Shown: piece by piece, positions 37,583 through 46,255 of the stretch | How the letters are laid out: every line of letters starts with the position of its first letter | Numbering within the stretch: the stretch's first letter is position 1 | Assembly (NCBI GenBank): GCA_964561265.1 | Contig: CAZLOX010000002.1 | Coordinates: 1 to 47,443, forward strand | DNA from: an uncultured Lachnospiraceae bacterium | GTDB lineage: Bacteria > Bacillota > Clostridia > UBA1381 | Reading direction: 5' to 3' | Length of the DNA: 47,443 bases | The notes under the pieces: model-generated | Told to the model about the DNA's origin: nothing | The model's input: only the letters and a program-made list of their open reading frames with translations | The model's database searches: none | Made by a program: the position numbers and the translations under genes

Positions 37583-37629
37583 AACCTGTCCGCAAATCAA
37601 ATCATGTGGGATTTAATTACGGACAGGTT
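37583..37629 (-). terminator. Large-loop hairpin terminator after the 1032-aa SLH gene (repeat family with 26745-26796)
   Basis: Minus strand reads AACCTGTCCG-27 nt-CGGACAGGTT followed by TTTGTGT. Confidence 0.6.
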
Positions 37630-37644
37630 ATGAATCAGTGTTTT

Positions 37645-40600
37645 TTAATTTATTGCCTGACGTAAAATTATCATACTTGCGTTATTGCTTATGCGGTCGT
37701 GTCCGCGTTCAAATTCCACCCAGCGGCCATGCGACAAATAATATTTCCTGTCATTAAATGCTGCATCCGGTATTTCAAGAGATTTGTCCGCGTTCCATTC
37801 AGGGAAATCATAATCTGAACTGTATACCGACATTTCTATGCGGTTATTGCGGTAACCCTCGCGGTATACCGTACATTTAACGCCTTTTTCCGGAATTTCG
37901 GGAATATTCAGATAGCCGGAATTGACCACAGCGTCAAATGTTCTGAGTATCGTCACAATTGACTGCTCCCTTGTGTAAATTCCGCGCGGTTCAAACAGAT
38001 TATCGCCCGTTCCGTTCATAATACCGTACGCAAAGACTGTTTCAACGCCGTCTTTTGCCCAGTCCGCTATATCCGCGCTGTCTGAAAAGTTAAAATCAGC
38101 TGATGATGCTTGGTTATAAAGAAGCATTATCCTTGAAAGAATAACCGCCGCCTCCTGACGGGTAATTTTATCGGTCGGTTTAAACTCGCCGTCGTCATAT
38201 CCGGTTATAATGCCCAGATCTGCAAGCGCGCATATATTTTTATTATCAATGTAATCATAATATGTACTATGTGTATTCAGATCGCTGAAGCTGGAACGGG
38301 GATTTTCCGGAAATGTCACAGTTCCTGTCAGTTTTATCATTCGCACAGCTAATTGGCAGAACTCGTTTCGAGTTATTCCAAGCTGCATACCATCGGAAAA
38401 AAAGTATGCTATATTCAGAATATCAAATGGTATCAATCCGTACTCGCTTGCCGTTTTTATGTCGTTTGCAGCCCAGTCGGAATGTCCCGTATGGCGTGTA
38501 TCGGCATTTTCTCCGAAATACATCAGATTTGTAAGAAGATCTACTGCAAAGTCATAATCATCATCATTTTTTATAAACCAGTCTCTTTTGTTTTCGGTTC
38601 TGCGATTCCACGCTAATGAAAAGTCCGCTCCCGAGGCTGAGTTCAGATTTATCAGAGAAGTGTTTCCCACTGTTTCCGGATGACTGTTTTTTTCAAGTTC
38701 AATATTGCGGACAGCGTTGTAAAAAACAGAGTACTCGTTTTCCGTCAGTTTGACAGACATAAGATGATAATCATAATTAAGGGTGACAGCCGAAGAACTG
38801 TCCGGCAGGAATTTCTCTAATAATGCAGACGACTGCTCCTGCATTTCGGGCAGTACGGTGAGGGAAGAGGCGGTATAATCAATGCCGTTTTCCGACTCAT
38901 AAATACCGTTTCTTGCGGTCTGTATGTATAATTTGCCGTTGTTTACACTCATTCCGGAGGGCAGGGAGTCAAAGGTATGAGAGCCGATAATATTGAAACT
39001 GCTGTCCAGAACATATATATGCTGACACAGCCACCATGCCGGATAATATGCGTCTATCCAGCCGTCCCATGCGCACCAGCGCAGTATATACATATTGTTG
39101 TATTCGGCAACTTCATAGCAGTCGGCTGTTCCCCCGAATATTTTCTCTGCTTCGGGACTAACCTTTACCGCATAAGAGGAAAGCAGATTTCCGGTTATTA
39201 CAGGCGCAGGCTCGTAATCAATATGACTTTTCAATAATTCAGCGTAGTCAAGTTTGTCCGCTTTGTCGCGGATAAAAAACGCGTTTCTTATTCCGCCGAG
39301 ATAATTGACCGGAAGAATTACGTTTACTGAAAATTCTGTTGTTTGACCGGCAGGAAGCTCCACAACTGACATAACATCTCTTTTCGCGTTCCCGCTGAAT
39401 TTTTTTGTAAATGCGTGATCTGATTCCTCTCCGTTTTCGTTGGTGTATACTATGATATTAGAGGTGGTTGTGGGTTCGTATGTGAAATATCTTGTTTTAC
39501 TGCCAGCGTTTGTGACCGACAGATTGTAAGTATATGTAACGCCGTAATTTCCCAGATTTACAGCATAGCCGTTGGAGTTGTCCTCCGCGGTTATTTCGTA
39601 GTTCGGCGAATAATTATCCGCTCCGTTTGTTCCGGGCTGACCCTCGTAGGCGTGCGTATCGGTGTGGTGCGTGTCAAAACGCCAGATATTGTCGCGCTGT
39701 GACATCGGGACATTTTTACCGTAATAAGTAAGCTTGTTATCATCCTCATATGTAAGAGGCAGCATACCGCTTTCATCACCGAGTGTTTTTGCCCATGGGT
39801 CATCCAGTATGTCAATATGTGTGATCCATTCGTAATTCACAACGCCGTCCGGCGCATACTGATTGCGCATAATAACCGGAAAAGCTTCTCCGTCCGCAAT
39901 CGTATCGTTTACTGTATATTTCAGATCGGCTTCAACCTGAGGAAGAGAATCCGCTATGCCTTTAATGGTGCGGTCATAACGGACAAGACCTTTTTCGGTA
40001 TTTTCCGGAATATATCTTTCAACTTTTCCTTTCCGCCTGAATGAACTGTCGGCAAAGGCGCATACATTCACGTTCATAGTGCCTGATTTTATCTCTAAAA
40101 CCGCCTGAATGTGCACAGGCTGTCTGTAATGGACGGCCTGATAATTCGGGATAAATTCGCTCAGCCAGCGGGTCTGATTTGTACTCATATTGTATGATTT
40201 GTCGAATCTGCTGTCATACGGATAATATTCCTCACCGTCAATATCAATGATGGATTTTTTCAGCGCCACGGCACAGCAGTTCAGAAGTCCCCATTCCTGC
40301 TCTTTTTTCACGATTTTGCCGTCCCTGAAATACGCGTATGTCCGCGCTGTTTCAAATCCGATACTGCTCAGCGTGTATGAACATTCACCCGATACCGGCG
40401 TAAGCTCTACGTCAAGTTCCATATCTTTGGAAACCTGCTCTCCGTCGTAATCCATACCGATAAAATTGTAATGCGACAAATAGAGATAGTATTTGCCGGG
40501 CGTAAGATTTTCATTGTTCATAACATACCGCGGAGGTTTGTCGCCGTTAATAATGGTGTTTGAGTCTATAGTCTCCGGATTGTTGCAGTATATGAATTTT

Positions 40601-40743
40601 CCGCCGCCGACCGGCTGAAATTCAAGTTCCTGCGGCTGCATGATATTGTCTGATTCCGCGCCGGCGCAGATATTAAAGCTGAGAATAACGAATATAAAAA
40701 TAAATAAAACTTTTATTTTAGTGATTTTTCCGAAAATCATCAT
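37645..40743 (-). CDS. Large secreted protein of unknown function with three C-terminal SLH repeats
   Basis: Signal peptide, then ~700 aa with no motif I recognise. SLH-like repeats follow (DWAANDIKTASEYGLIP; FSDLNT...LADLGIITGYDDGEFKPTDKITRQEAAVILSR; FSDSADIADWAKDGVETVFAYGIMNGTGDNLFEPRGIYTREQS), then a ~110-aa tail. Confidence 0.75.
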   Translation of the reverse strand: MMIFGKITKIKVLFIFIFVILSFNICAGAESDNIMQPQELEFQPVGGGKFIYCNNPETIDSNTIINGDKPPRYVMNNENLTPGKYYLYLSHYNFIGMDYDGEQVSKDMELDVELTPVSGECSYTLSSIGFETARTYAYFRDGKIVKKEQEWGLLNCCAVALKKSIIDIDGEEYYPYDSRFDKSYNMSTNQTRWLSEFIPNYQAVHYRQPVHIQAVLEIKSGTMNVNVCAFADSSFRRKGKVERYIPENTEKGLVRYDRTIKGIADSLPQVEADLKYTVNDTIADGEAFPVIMRNQYAPDGVVNYEWITHIDILDDPWAKTLGDESGMLPLTYEDDNKLTYYGKNVPMSQRDNIWRFDTHHTDTHAYEGQPGTNGADNYSPNYEITAEDNSNGYAVNLGNYGVTYTYNLSVTNAGSKTRYFTYEPTTTSNIIVYTNENGEESDHAFTKKFSGNAKRDVMSVVELPAGQTTEFSVNVILPVNYLGGIRNAFFIRDKADKLDYAELLKSHIDYEPAPVITGNLLSSYAVKVSPEAEKIFGGTADCYEVAEYNNMYILRWCAWDGWIDAYYPAWWLCQHIYVLDSSFNIIGSHTFDSLPSGMSVNNGKLYIQTARNGIYESENGIDYTASSLTVLPEMQEQSSALLEKFLPDSSSAVTLNYDYHLMSVKLTENEYSVFYNAVRNIELEKNSHPETVGNTSLINLNSASGADFSLAWNRRTENKRDWFIKNDDDYDFAVDLLTNLMYFGENADTRHTGHSDWAANDIKTASEYGLIPFDILNIAYFFSDGMQLGITRNEFCQLAVRMIKLTGTVTFPENPRSSFSDLNTHSTYYDYIDNKNICALADLGIITGYDDGEFKPTDKITRQEAAVILSRIMLLYNQASSADFNFSDSADIADWAKDGVETVFAYGIMNGTGDNLFEPRGIYTREQSIVTILRTFDAVVNSGYLNIPEIPEKGVKCTVYREGYRNNRIEMSVYSSDYDFPEWNADKSLEIPDAAFNDRKYYLSHGRWVEFERGHDRISNNASMIILRQAIN

Positions 40744-40769
40744 AATTGCCCCCCTTTATCAGATATTGT

Positions 40770-41297
40770 TTATTTTATATAATATACATAATTGTCTTTT
40801 CTCGGCGCCGGTTCTGCCGTTTCACCGTCGCAGTAGCCTAAAGCGCAGTGACCTATGCCCTCGTAATCGCCCTCAATGCCCAGTTGTTTCAGAATATTTC
40901 TGCCGAAATCCGATTCAAATTCTTCTTTTGCGCGGTGTATCCAGATACTGCCCAGACCAAGGCTTTCGGCGGCATTCATCATATTCCCCAGTACCAGACT
41001 GCCGTCATAGAGATATGTTGCCGCGCTTTTGTCAGCAAGCACAATCAGAATTACCGGCGCGCCGTAGAACGGGTCAAAGCCTTCCTGCCATCCGCCTATT
41101 TTTCTGTTTTCATCAGAAATCCTGTCACGGAGTTCCTTATCGGTAACAGCAATAATAAGCGGCGACTGTTTTCCTCTGCCGGTAGGCGCGTATGTTCCGG
41201 CTTTTATAACGCTCTGCAGTTCCTCGTCCGTAATCATATCAGGTCTGAATTTCCGGCAGCTTCTTCTGCTTTCAAGAATTTTTAAAGTTTCGTTCAT
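40770..41297 (-). CDS. Nitroreductase family protein
   Basis: N-terminal RRSCRKF motif, then APTGRGKQ. Size (~175 aa) fits. Confidence 0.85.
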   Translation of the reverse strand: MNETLKILESRRSCRKFRPDMITDEELQSVIKAGTYAPTGRGKQSPLIIAVTDKELRDRISDENRKIGGWQEGFDPFYGAPVILIVLADKSAATYLYDGSLVLGNMMNAAESLGLGSIWIHRAKEEFESDFGRNILKQLGIEGDYEGIGHCALGYCDGETAEPAPRKDNYVYYIK

Positions 41298-41333
41298 ATA
41301 AAATTACCTCCGCAATACTTTTTGTATACGTTA

Positions 41334-41362
41334 ATTATAGCATATTGAACAAAAAAAGTCAA
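41334..41362 (-). promoter_or_regulatory. Promoter of the nitroreductase gene
   Basis: Minus strand reads TTGACT (41357-41362), 17-nt spacer, TATAAT (41334-41339). Confidence 0.6.
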
Positions 41363-41403
41363 GTTCAGCGTTTCCTTTTTGCCTGATAAAAGCAAAAAAA
41401 CGC

Positions 41404-41433
41404 TTGACAAGGTAATGATGTATGTGATACAAT
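41404..41433 (+). promoter_or_regulatory. Promoter of a putative antisense small RNA
   Basis: TTGACA (41404-41409), 18-nt spacer ending in TGa, TACAAT (41428-41433). Confidence 0.55.
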
Positions 41434-41439
41434 AGATAC

Positions 41440-41530
41440 AAGAAGAGCAAGACTTCTAACGGTCAGCTCAAATGTTGTTTAGTATAAATAACCGCTAACA
41501 TTTGCACTGTTTGGGCGGTTATTTTACTTT
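41440..41530 (+). ncRNA. Putative ~90-nt antisense RNA overlapping the 3' end of the small ORF (candidate type I antitoxin)
   Basis: Bounded by the promoter above and the hairpin 41486-41524 followed by TTTTACTTTT. No ORF with an SD on this strand. Confidence 0.35.
41486..41525. terminator. Hairpin shared by the convergent small-ORF mRNA and the antisense RNA
   Basis: Stem AAATAACCGC / GCGGTTATTT with a 19-nt loop. It overlaps the TAA of the small ORF. Confidence 0.5.
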
Positions 41531-41602
41531 TATAGTAAATACTACAAAAAGTATAATTGCAATCAGCAGTATTTGTAATGCTTTATGTAAAGATCTTTTC
41601 AT
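41519..41602 (-). CDS. 27-aa hydrophobic peptide (candidate type I toxin / small membrane protein), not in the ORF track
   Basis: The ATG is preceded by GGAGGTGA 6 nt upstream. Translation is MKRSLHKALQILLIAIILFVVFTIKVK. Confidence 0.5.
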   Translation of the reverse strand: MKRSLHKALQILLIAIILFVVFTIKVK

Positions 41603-41745
41603 AGCAGCTCACCTCCCTCCCGAGCATCTTGATTAGCAACTTAATGCCGCTGCTCAATTTACTTGGAGTTATGTGGAGCTGACCGTCCGATTTAATCGTT
41701 TTCCGTCTTGCTTATTCTTCCTGATTGAGTAAACCCAATAATTAT

Positions 41746-41774
41746 ATTATAGTATATATTATCGGAAAATGCAA
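41746..41774 (-). promoter_or_regulatory. Promoter of the small-ORF mRNA
   Basis: Minus strand reads TTGCAT (41769-41774), 17-nt spacer, TATAAT (41746-41751). Confidence 0.55.
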
Positions 41775-41807
41775 GTAAAAATTTTTAAATGCTGTTCCAC
41801 TGTTCAT

Positions 41808-42380
41808 TTATTCAATATCATATACTTTCAGTTTGTGCGATTTAAATTCGTTGCTGTATGTATATTCTTCAACTATTCTGTCATCCTCAAATCTGAATAC
41901 CAGAATTTCTGCATCAAGCCAGTTCACCATTATTGTGTACTCTATTTCATCCTCGCTTTCCGCGCCGGGTTTTCCTAAAATGCTTATAAGTTCATCTTTA
42001 GTCATGGTCTTTAAATCATACTTTTCATGGAAATCATCAAGCATAAGATGTCTTTCATATCTGTATTTGTCCCATTTGTGAGGAGTAAACGATGACATAT
42101 AACTGAAAACCGTTATATGAATGATAATTATAACGCATATGTAAACAGCATAAACAATAAGCGAATATTTCTTGACTTTCTTAAAAAAATAACTCATTAC
42201 AAGAGGCATTATCAATATAAGTATGGGCAGTATCCGGTATATAAAAATATAGATGGGTTCCGGTATAACATCCGGTATAGTGCCATGTAAAATATGTTTT
42301 AGGACTATCGCTGAAAAAGTAATAAAATTCAGCAGTAGCCAAAGAATAGTTTCCACTGCGAGAACAATAAATTTTTTCAT
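41808..42380 (-). CDS. Hypothetical membrane protein (four TM helices + ~85-aa soluble C-terminal domain)
   Basis: Start set to MKKFIVLAV (ATG 42378-42380) after AAAGGAGA. No family recognised. Confidence 0.55.
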   Translation of the reverse strand: MKKFIVLAVETILWLLLNFITFSAIVLKHILHGTIPDVIPEPIYIFIYRILPILILIMPLVMSYFFKKVKKYSLIVYAVYICVIIIIHITVFSYMSSFTPHKWDKYRYERHLMLDDFHEKYDLKTMTKDELISILGKPGAESEDEIEYTIMVNWLDAEILVFRFEDDRIVEEYTYSNEFKSHKLKVYDIE

Positions 42381-42419
42381 AATATCACAATCTCCTTTTT
42401 CATAAAAAAACGCCAAAGA

Positions 42420-42453
42420 CAGTCCGGTATCCGAAATCACAGATACCAGACTG
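42420..42453 (-). terminator. Terminator-like hairpin after the PL11 gene
   Basis: 12-bp stem with one mismatch (CAGTCTGGTATC / GATACCGGACTG on the minus strand). T7 follows 9 nt downstream. Confidence 0.45.
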
Positions 42454-42465
42454 GCTATTGTTTTT

Positions 42466-45400
42466 TTAATATTTACTGTAATAGCTTTCCGAACACGGCT
42501 GCATTGTATTCATATCCCATATAAATGCTTTAAATGTCATCAGAAAGCCGCCGCCGCACGATTCCACAAACTGCTCTCCGCTGTCTGCCGACAGTTTTTT
42601 CATGTTCAGATAAATCAGATTTCCGTCGTTGTCATATCCGGCGAATATTATGCACGCATTATCATTTTTTTCATAACATTCAACAGTGATTTTTCTTTCA
42701 AGTCCGGAAGAATAATGGGTAAATCTGTACGGATATTCATAGCCGTCCGGAGGAGTGACCGGCTTCGGTGTAGGGAGGGAGGCGTCAATCTCAAACGGAA
42801 TATTATTGTCTTTAGCGTATTTTTCCACTTTGGAACCTGCCGCTCCGTATATTGTCAGATTCGGACAGTCAGCAAAAATTCTGCTCTCAATCTCTATTAT
42901 TCCTGCCGGAATATATATTTTTTCAAGAGATTCACAGCCTGTAAAATAAGTCTGCAGTTTTGTCATGGAGCCGGATAATTTTACTGATTTCAGTGAAGTG
43001 CAGTTTTCAAAAGCATCAAATTCCATCCATGTCACACTGTCCGGAAGTTCTATGGAGGTTATATCACATCCGTCAAATGCACCTGAGCCTATGCCTTCAA
43101 TTGGTATTCTGTCAATTTCAGACGGGATTATCAGCTCTTTATCCTTTCCGTTGTATTTACAAATCGTGCCTTCATCATTCACAATCCATTCTTCAACGAT
43201 AAGTTCTCCTGTTTCCAGATCATAGAATGGTATAGTGTAGAATGACATCAAATTTTTCTTATAACACTCGCGGTAGCCGTATATTGATAAGTTTTCGGGA
43301 GCGCGGAACCACCAACGGTCTGATATTTCAAATGATTTGTTTAACAGTGTGATTTTCTCCAGATTTACACAGCCATTGAATGCCAGCCGTTCTATTTCTT
43401 CAACATTCTCGCCAAATATAATCTCCTTCAAAGCTTCGCAGTCGGAAAATGCGAAATCTCCTATATATGTAGTATTTTCAGAAATAACAACATTTGTCAG
43501 AGCCGTTCCGGAAAATGCCGCCCAGTCTATAGTTTTTGTATTATCAAGATTTACTTCCGCAAGTGATGAACAGTCAGCAAACGCGCTGCTGCCTATAATC
43601 TCCACATTTTCAAGATTTATTTCTGCAAGAGCGGAACATTCTGAAAAAGCATAGTCTAATATACTCTTAACCGTTTCCGGAAGTGTTACGCTTTCGAGAG
43701 TATCATTTCTATAAAACACATTTTCGCCGATTCCTGTTATTGTCATACCGCCAACAGCAGCCGGAATAACCAGATTGACCGCATCGCCGTTATATTCGGT
43801 AATAATTCCATCCTCAACAACAAATACCGGTTTTGGAGTTTCTGTCGGTTCGGGTATGGGACTTGGTGTCGGTTCCGGTGTTTTTGTCGGGCGGGGGGAT
43901 TTGGTTGGTTCGGCTGTCGGAGCGGGTTTCGGTGTCGGTTTTACCGTTGGTTTTTCATCCGGCAGATTTTCCGTCCTCACAGCCGTTTCGCCGTTATGCA
44001 CTGTCGTTACATAAGACGAGTATTTACGCGCGTCATATTCATCATTATCATCACTCACATAATAGCTGATATGCGGAGGCTGATTATATCCGGCATTCTG
44101 ACAAGCCACCTGCATACGGTATGCCCTGTCATGCATTAAGGTGTAGAGTTTATGCTCTGTCGGAATAGTTGTCGTGTACACCAGAAGGCTTGCGTTGTCT
44201 GTTCCTCTCACAACTATTTCCTCTCTCCAGTCGCCGAATAAATCAGCAATAAGGCAGGCGTTGTTTTTTGTGCCGTTGATAGTCATGGCATTGTCTATTG
44301 TCTGAACACGTCCGGTATTGCCCGATATTTTTATAGAACTTCCGTTATCATTTCCCCCTGTTCCGTCAAAAAGTTCATCATATAAATCACCATCCCAGAA
44401 AATACGCTGATTTGCTGAATCAGGAGAATAGCGTGTATTGATAACGGCATTTCCGCCGTATGAGGCATAATTGCCCGTGCCCCATATTTCATAATAGCCG
44501 TCAGTATATCCGACATTTGCCATCATTCCGCGCCCCTGATCACTGCCGGAATCAACGTGAAAAAGTTCTTCGCCGGTTGCCGCGTCGTATAATGTCATAC
44601 CGCCCAGATGCGGTTCACCGTCATGACCCGTTGTGCTGCCTGTTATCGGGCTGCCTTTCCAATCTTCGTGAACGCTGAAATATTCCATACCCTCATGCGC
44701 AGGGTCATAATCAGCAAGATGAAGGGCGTCGCCGTGACCTCTGCCGCTGCACCACAGCACGGAAAAATCATTATCCAATGCAAGTGAACCGCATATTATT
44801 TCATCACATCCGTCATTATCAACATCGCCTATGGTAAGATTATGATTGCCGTTGCCTGCAAACTGCGAATATTCTGGTTCTGATGTGTCAAAATCAGCGG
44901 TCAGAACAAGACGCTTGTCAACTAAATTATATGCCGCCGCGGTTGTCTTTTCGTAATATCCGCGCCATGCAATCATAGACGGCGTCTGACCGTCAAGATA
45001 TGCGACCGCCGCAAGATACCGCTCCGAACGGTTGCCCCAGCTGTCACCCCATTCGTAAACTGTTCCGCGCGGATGCGGATAGTATATTGTATCAAGCGCT
45101 TCGCCGGTATCGCCCTGAAAAACTGTATAGTATTCATCACCAGACAGCACACGTCCGCCTGTATCATCTATGCCGTATTGGGTGTGACGGTAATCCTCGG
45201 TGTTGTCGGTATTCTTTATTTCTTCAATCAGCGATGCATCCGAAACATAACTGCCCGCGCCGTCCTTTGTACCCGGAGCGGTTTTCATTGCAAGCTCCGC
45301 CTTGCCGTCAAGGTCAAAATCATATGCCGCGATCTGCGTGAAATGCGCTCCGGCATTGATATTTATGCCCATGTCGATACGCCATAATTTCTCTCCGCTT

Positions 45401-45960
45401 AATTCATAGCAGTCTATGTAAACGTTGCCGTTATGCTTTGCGCCCTTGCCGCTGTCGAAGGAATTGGACGGTTCCCATTTCAATATAAGTTCATATTCGC
45501 CGTCGCCGTCAACATCCGCCGGAATTACATCATTCGGCGAATATGTATATTCCTCGCCGTCAAGGCTTGTACCGCCTTCCGGACAGTCAAGATTTATTGT
45601 TGTGTACTGATCTTCCCAGACCGATACGCTTTCTGCACTATCTGCATTTTCGCCCTTTCTGACTACCGCGTATTTATCGGACAATGTACCCGATGTATCG
45701 GAATAATTCGTGCTGTCCGATACCGTCGCTGTTTTTGTGCCGTTTTTGTAGATATCAAATCCGGTATTGTAATTTTCCGTGCCGAGCAGACGCCACGATA
45801 AAAATACGCCGTTTTTTGTTTTGACCGCGACAGTTCCCCTGTCAAGGTATTCCGCCTGAGCAGGCATATCCGCAGCCGCCGCCGGCATTGGTGAATACGG
45901 CGGTATAACGGATAATGCCACCGCTGCCGCCGCAAATACTGATAAAAATTTTTTTCTCAT
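42466..45960 (-). CDS. Secreted rhamnogalacturonan lyase (PL11, YesW-like beta-propeller) fused to BspA-type leucine-rich repeats and a C-terminal ~94-aa module
   Basis: - **PL11 region:** N-terminal YesW-like AEYLDRGTVAVKT.NGVFLSWRLLGTE...Y.NGTK, and FG-GAP/calcium-type DVDGDGEYE, FDLDGKAE, DVDNDGCDE.
- **Linker:** PT-rich.
- **LRR_5 repeats:** I...AF..C..L..I.L.
- **Start:** the ATG 45958-45960 (MRKKFLSVF) after GAGAGG. The track start is a TTG two codons upstream. Confidence 0.85.
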   Translation of the reverse strand: MRKKFLSVFAAAAVALSVIPPYSPMPAAAADMPAQAEYLDRGTVAVKTKNGVFLSWRLLGTENYNTGFDIYKNGTKTATVSDSTNYSDTSGTLSDKYAVVRKGENADSAESVSVWEDQYTTINLDCPEGGTSLDGEEYTYSPNDVIPADVDGDGEYELILKWEPSNSFDSGKGAKHNGNVYIDCYELSGEKLWRIDMGININAGAHFTQIAAYDFDLDGKAELAMKTAPGTKDGAGSYVSDASLIEEIKNTDNTEDYRHTQYGIDDTGGRVLSGDEYYTVFQGDTGEALDTIYYPHPRGTVYEWGDSWGNRSERYLAAVAYLDGQTPSMIAWRGYYEKTTAAAYNLVDKRLVLTADFDTSEPEYSQFAGNGNHNLTIGDVDNDGCDEIICGSLALDNDFSVLWCSGRGHGDALHLADYDPAHEGMEYFSVHEDWKGSPITGSTTGHDGEPHLGGMTLYDAATGEELFHVDSGSDQGRGMMANVGYTDGYYEIWGTGNYASYGGNAVINTRYSPDSANQRIFWDGDLYDELFDGTGGNDNGSSIKISGNTGRVQTIDNAMTINGTKNNACLIADLFGDWREEIVVRGTDNASLLVYTTTIPTEHKLYTLMHDRAYRMQVACQNAGYNQPPHISYYVSDDNDEYDARKYSSYVTTVHNGETAVRTENLPDEKPTVKPTPKPAPTAEPTKSPRPTKTPEPTPSPIPEPTETPKPVFVVEDGIITEYNGDAVNLVIPAAVGGMTITGIGENVFYRNDTLESVTLPETVKSILDYAFSECSALAEINLENVEIIGSSAFADCSSLAEVNLDNTKTIDWAAFSGTALTNVVISENTTYIGDFAFSDCEALKEIIFGENVEEIERLAFNGCVNLEKITLLNKSFEISDRWWFRAPENLSIYGYRECYKKNLMSFYTIPFYDLETGELIVEEWIVNDEGTICKYNGKDKELIIPSEIDRIPIEGIGSGAFDGCDITSIELPDSVTWMEFDAFENCTSLKSVKLSGSMTKLQTYFTGCESLEKIYIPAGIIEIESRIFADCPNLTIYGAAGSKVEKYAKDNNIPFEIDASLPTPKPVTPPDGYEYPYRFTHYSSGLERKITVECYEKNDNACIIFAGYDNDGNLIYLNMKKLSADSGEQFVESCGGGFLMTFKAFIWDMNTMQPCSESYYSKY

Positions 45961-46069
45961 ATACAATCCTCTCTCTGATCTTTATCTGTTATAATATACC
46001 ATTTTATGATTCGATGTCACATTATTACCGCCTCCTCTGAATTTACCAGCTTTTATGCTGTATAAATAT

Positions 46070-46098
46070 AGTATATACTATATTTATTTTGTTGTCAA
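46070..46098 (-). promoter_or_regulatory. Promoter of the PL11 gene
   Basis: Minus strand reads TTGACA (46093-46098), 17-nt spacer, TATACT (46070-46075). Confidence 0.55.
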
Positions 46099-46255
46099 GC
46101 ATATTTTTACCGGGTGGTTATTCAGTCCGGATGTATTTATAATTATTGCAGTGCAGAAAAATTTCTTGTCCTCTATGATTACGGTTTTCCGGTTGTTTTT
46201 ACCGGTTTTATCTGCTGAATTTTATTTTAGCATAGAAATTCTGCAAAATCAACAG

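Noticed and set aside
46024-46040. Start-stop mini-ORF (GGAGG-9 nt-ATG TGA) in the PL11 5' UTR
   Set aside because: It is visible on the minus strand, but a two-codon ORF cannot be evaluated from the sequence alone and could easily be fortuitous.
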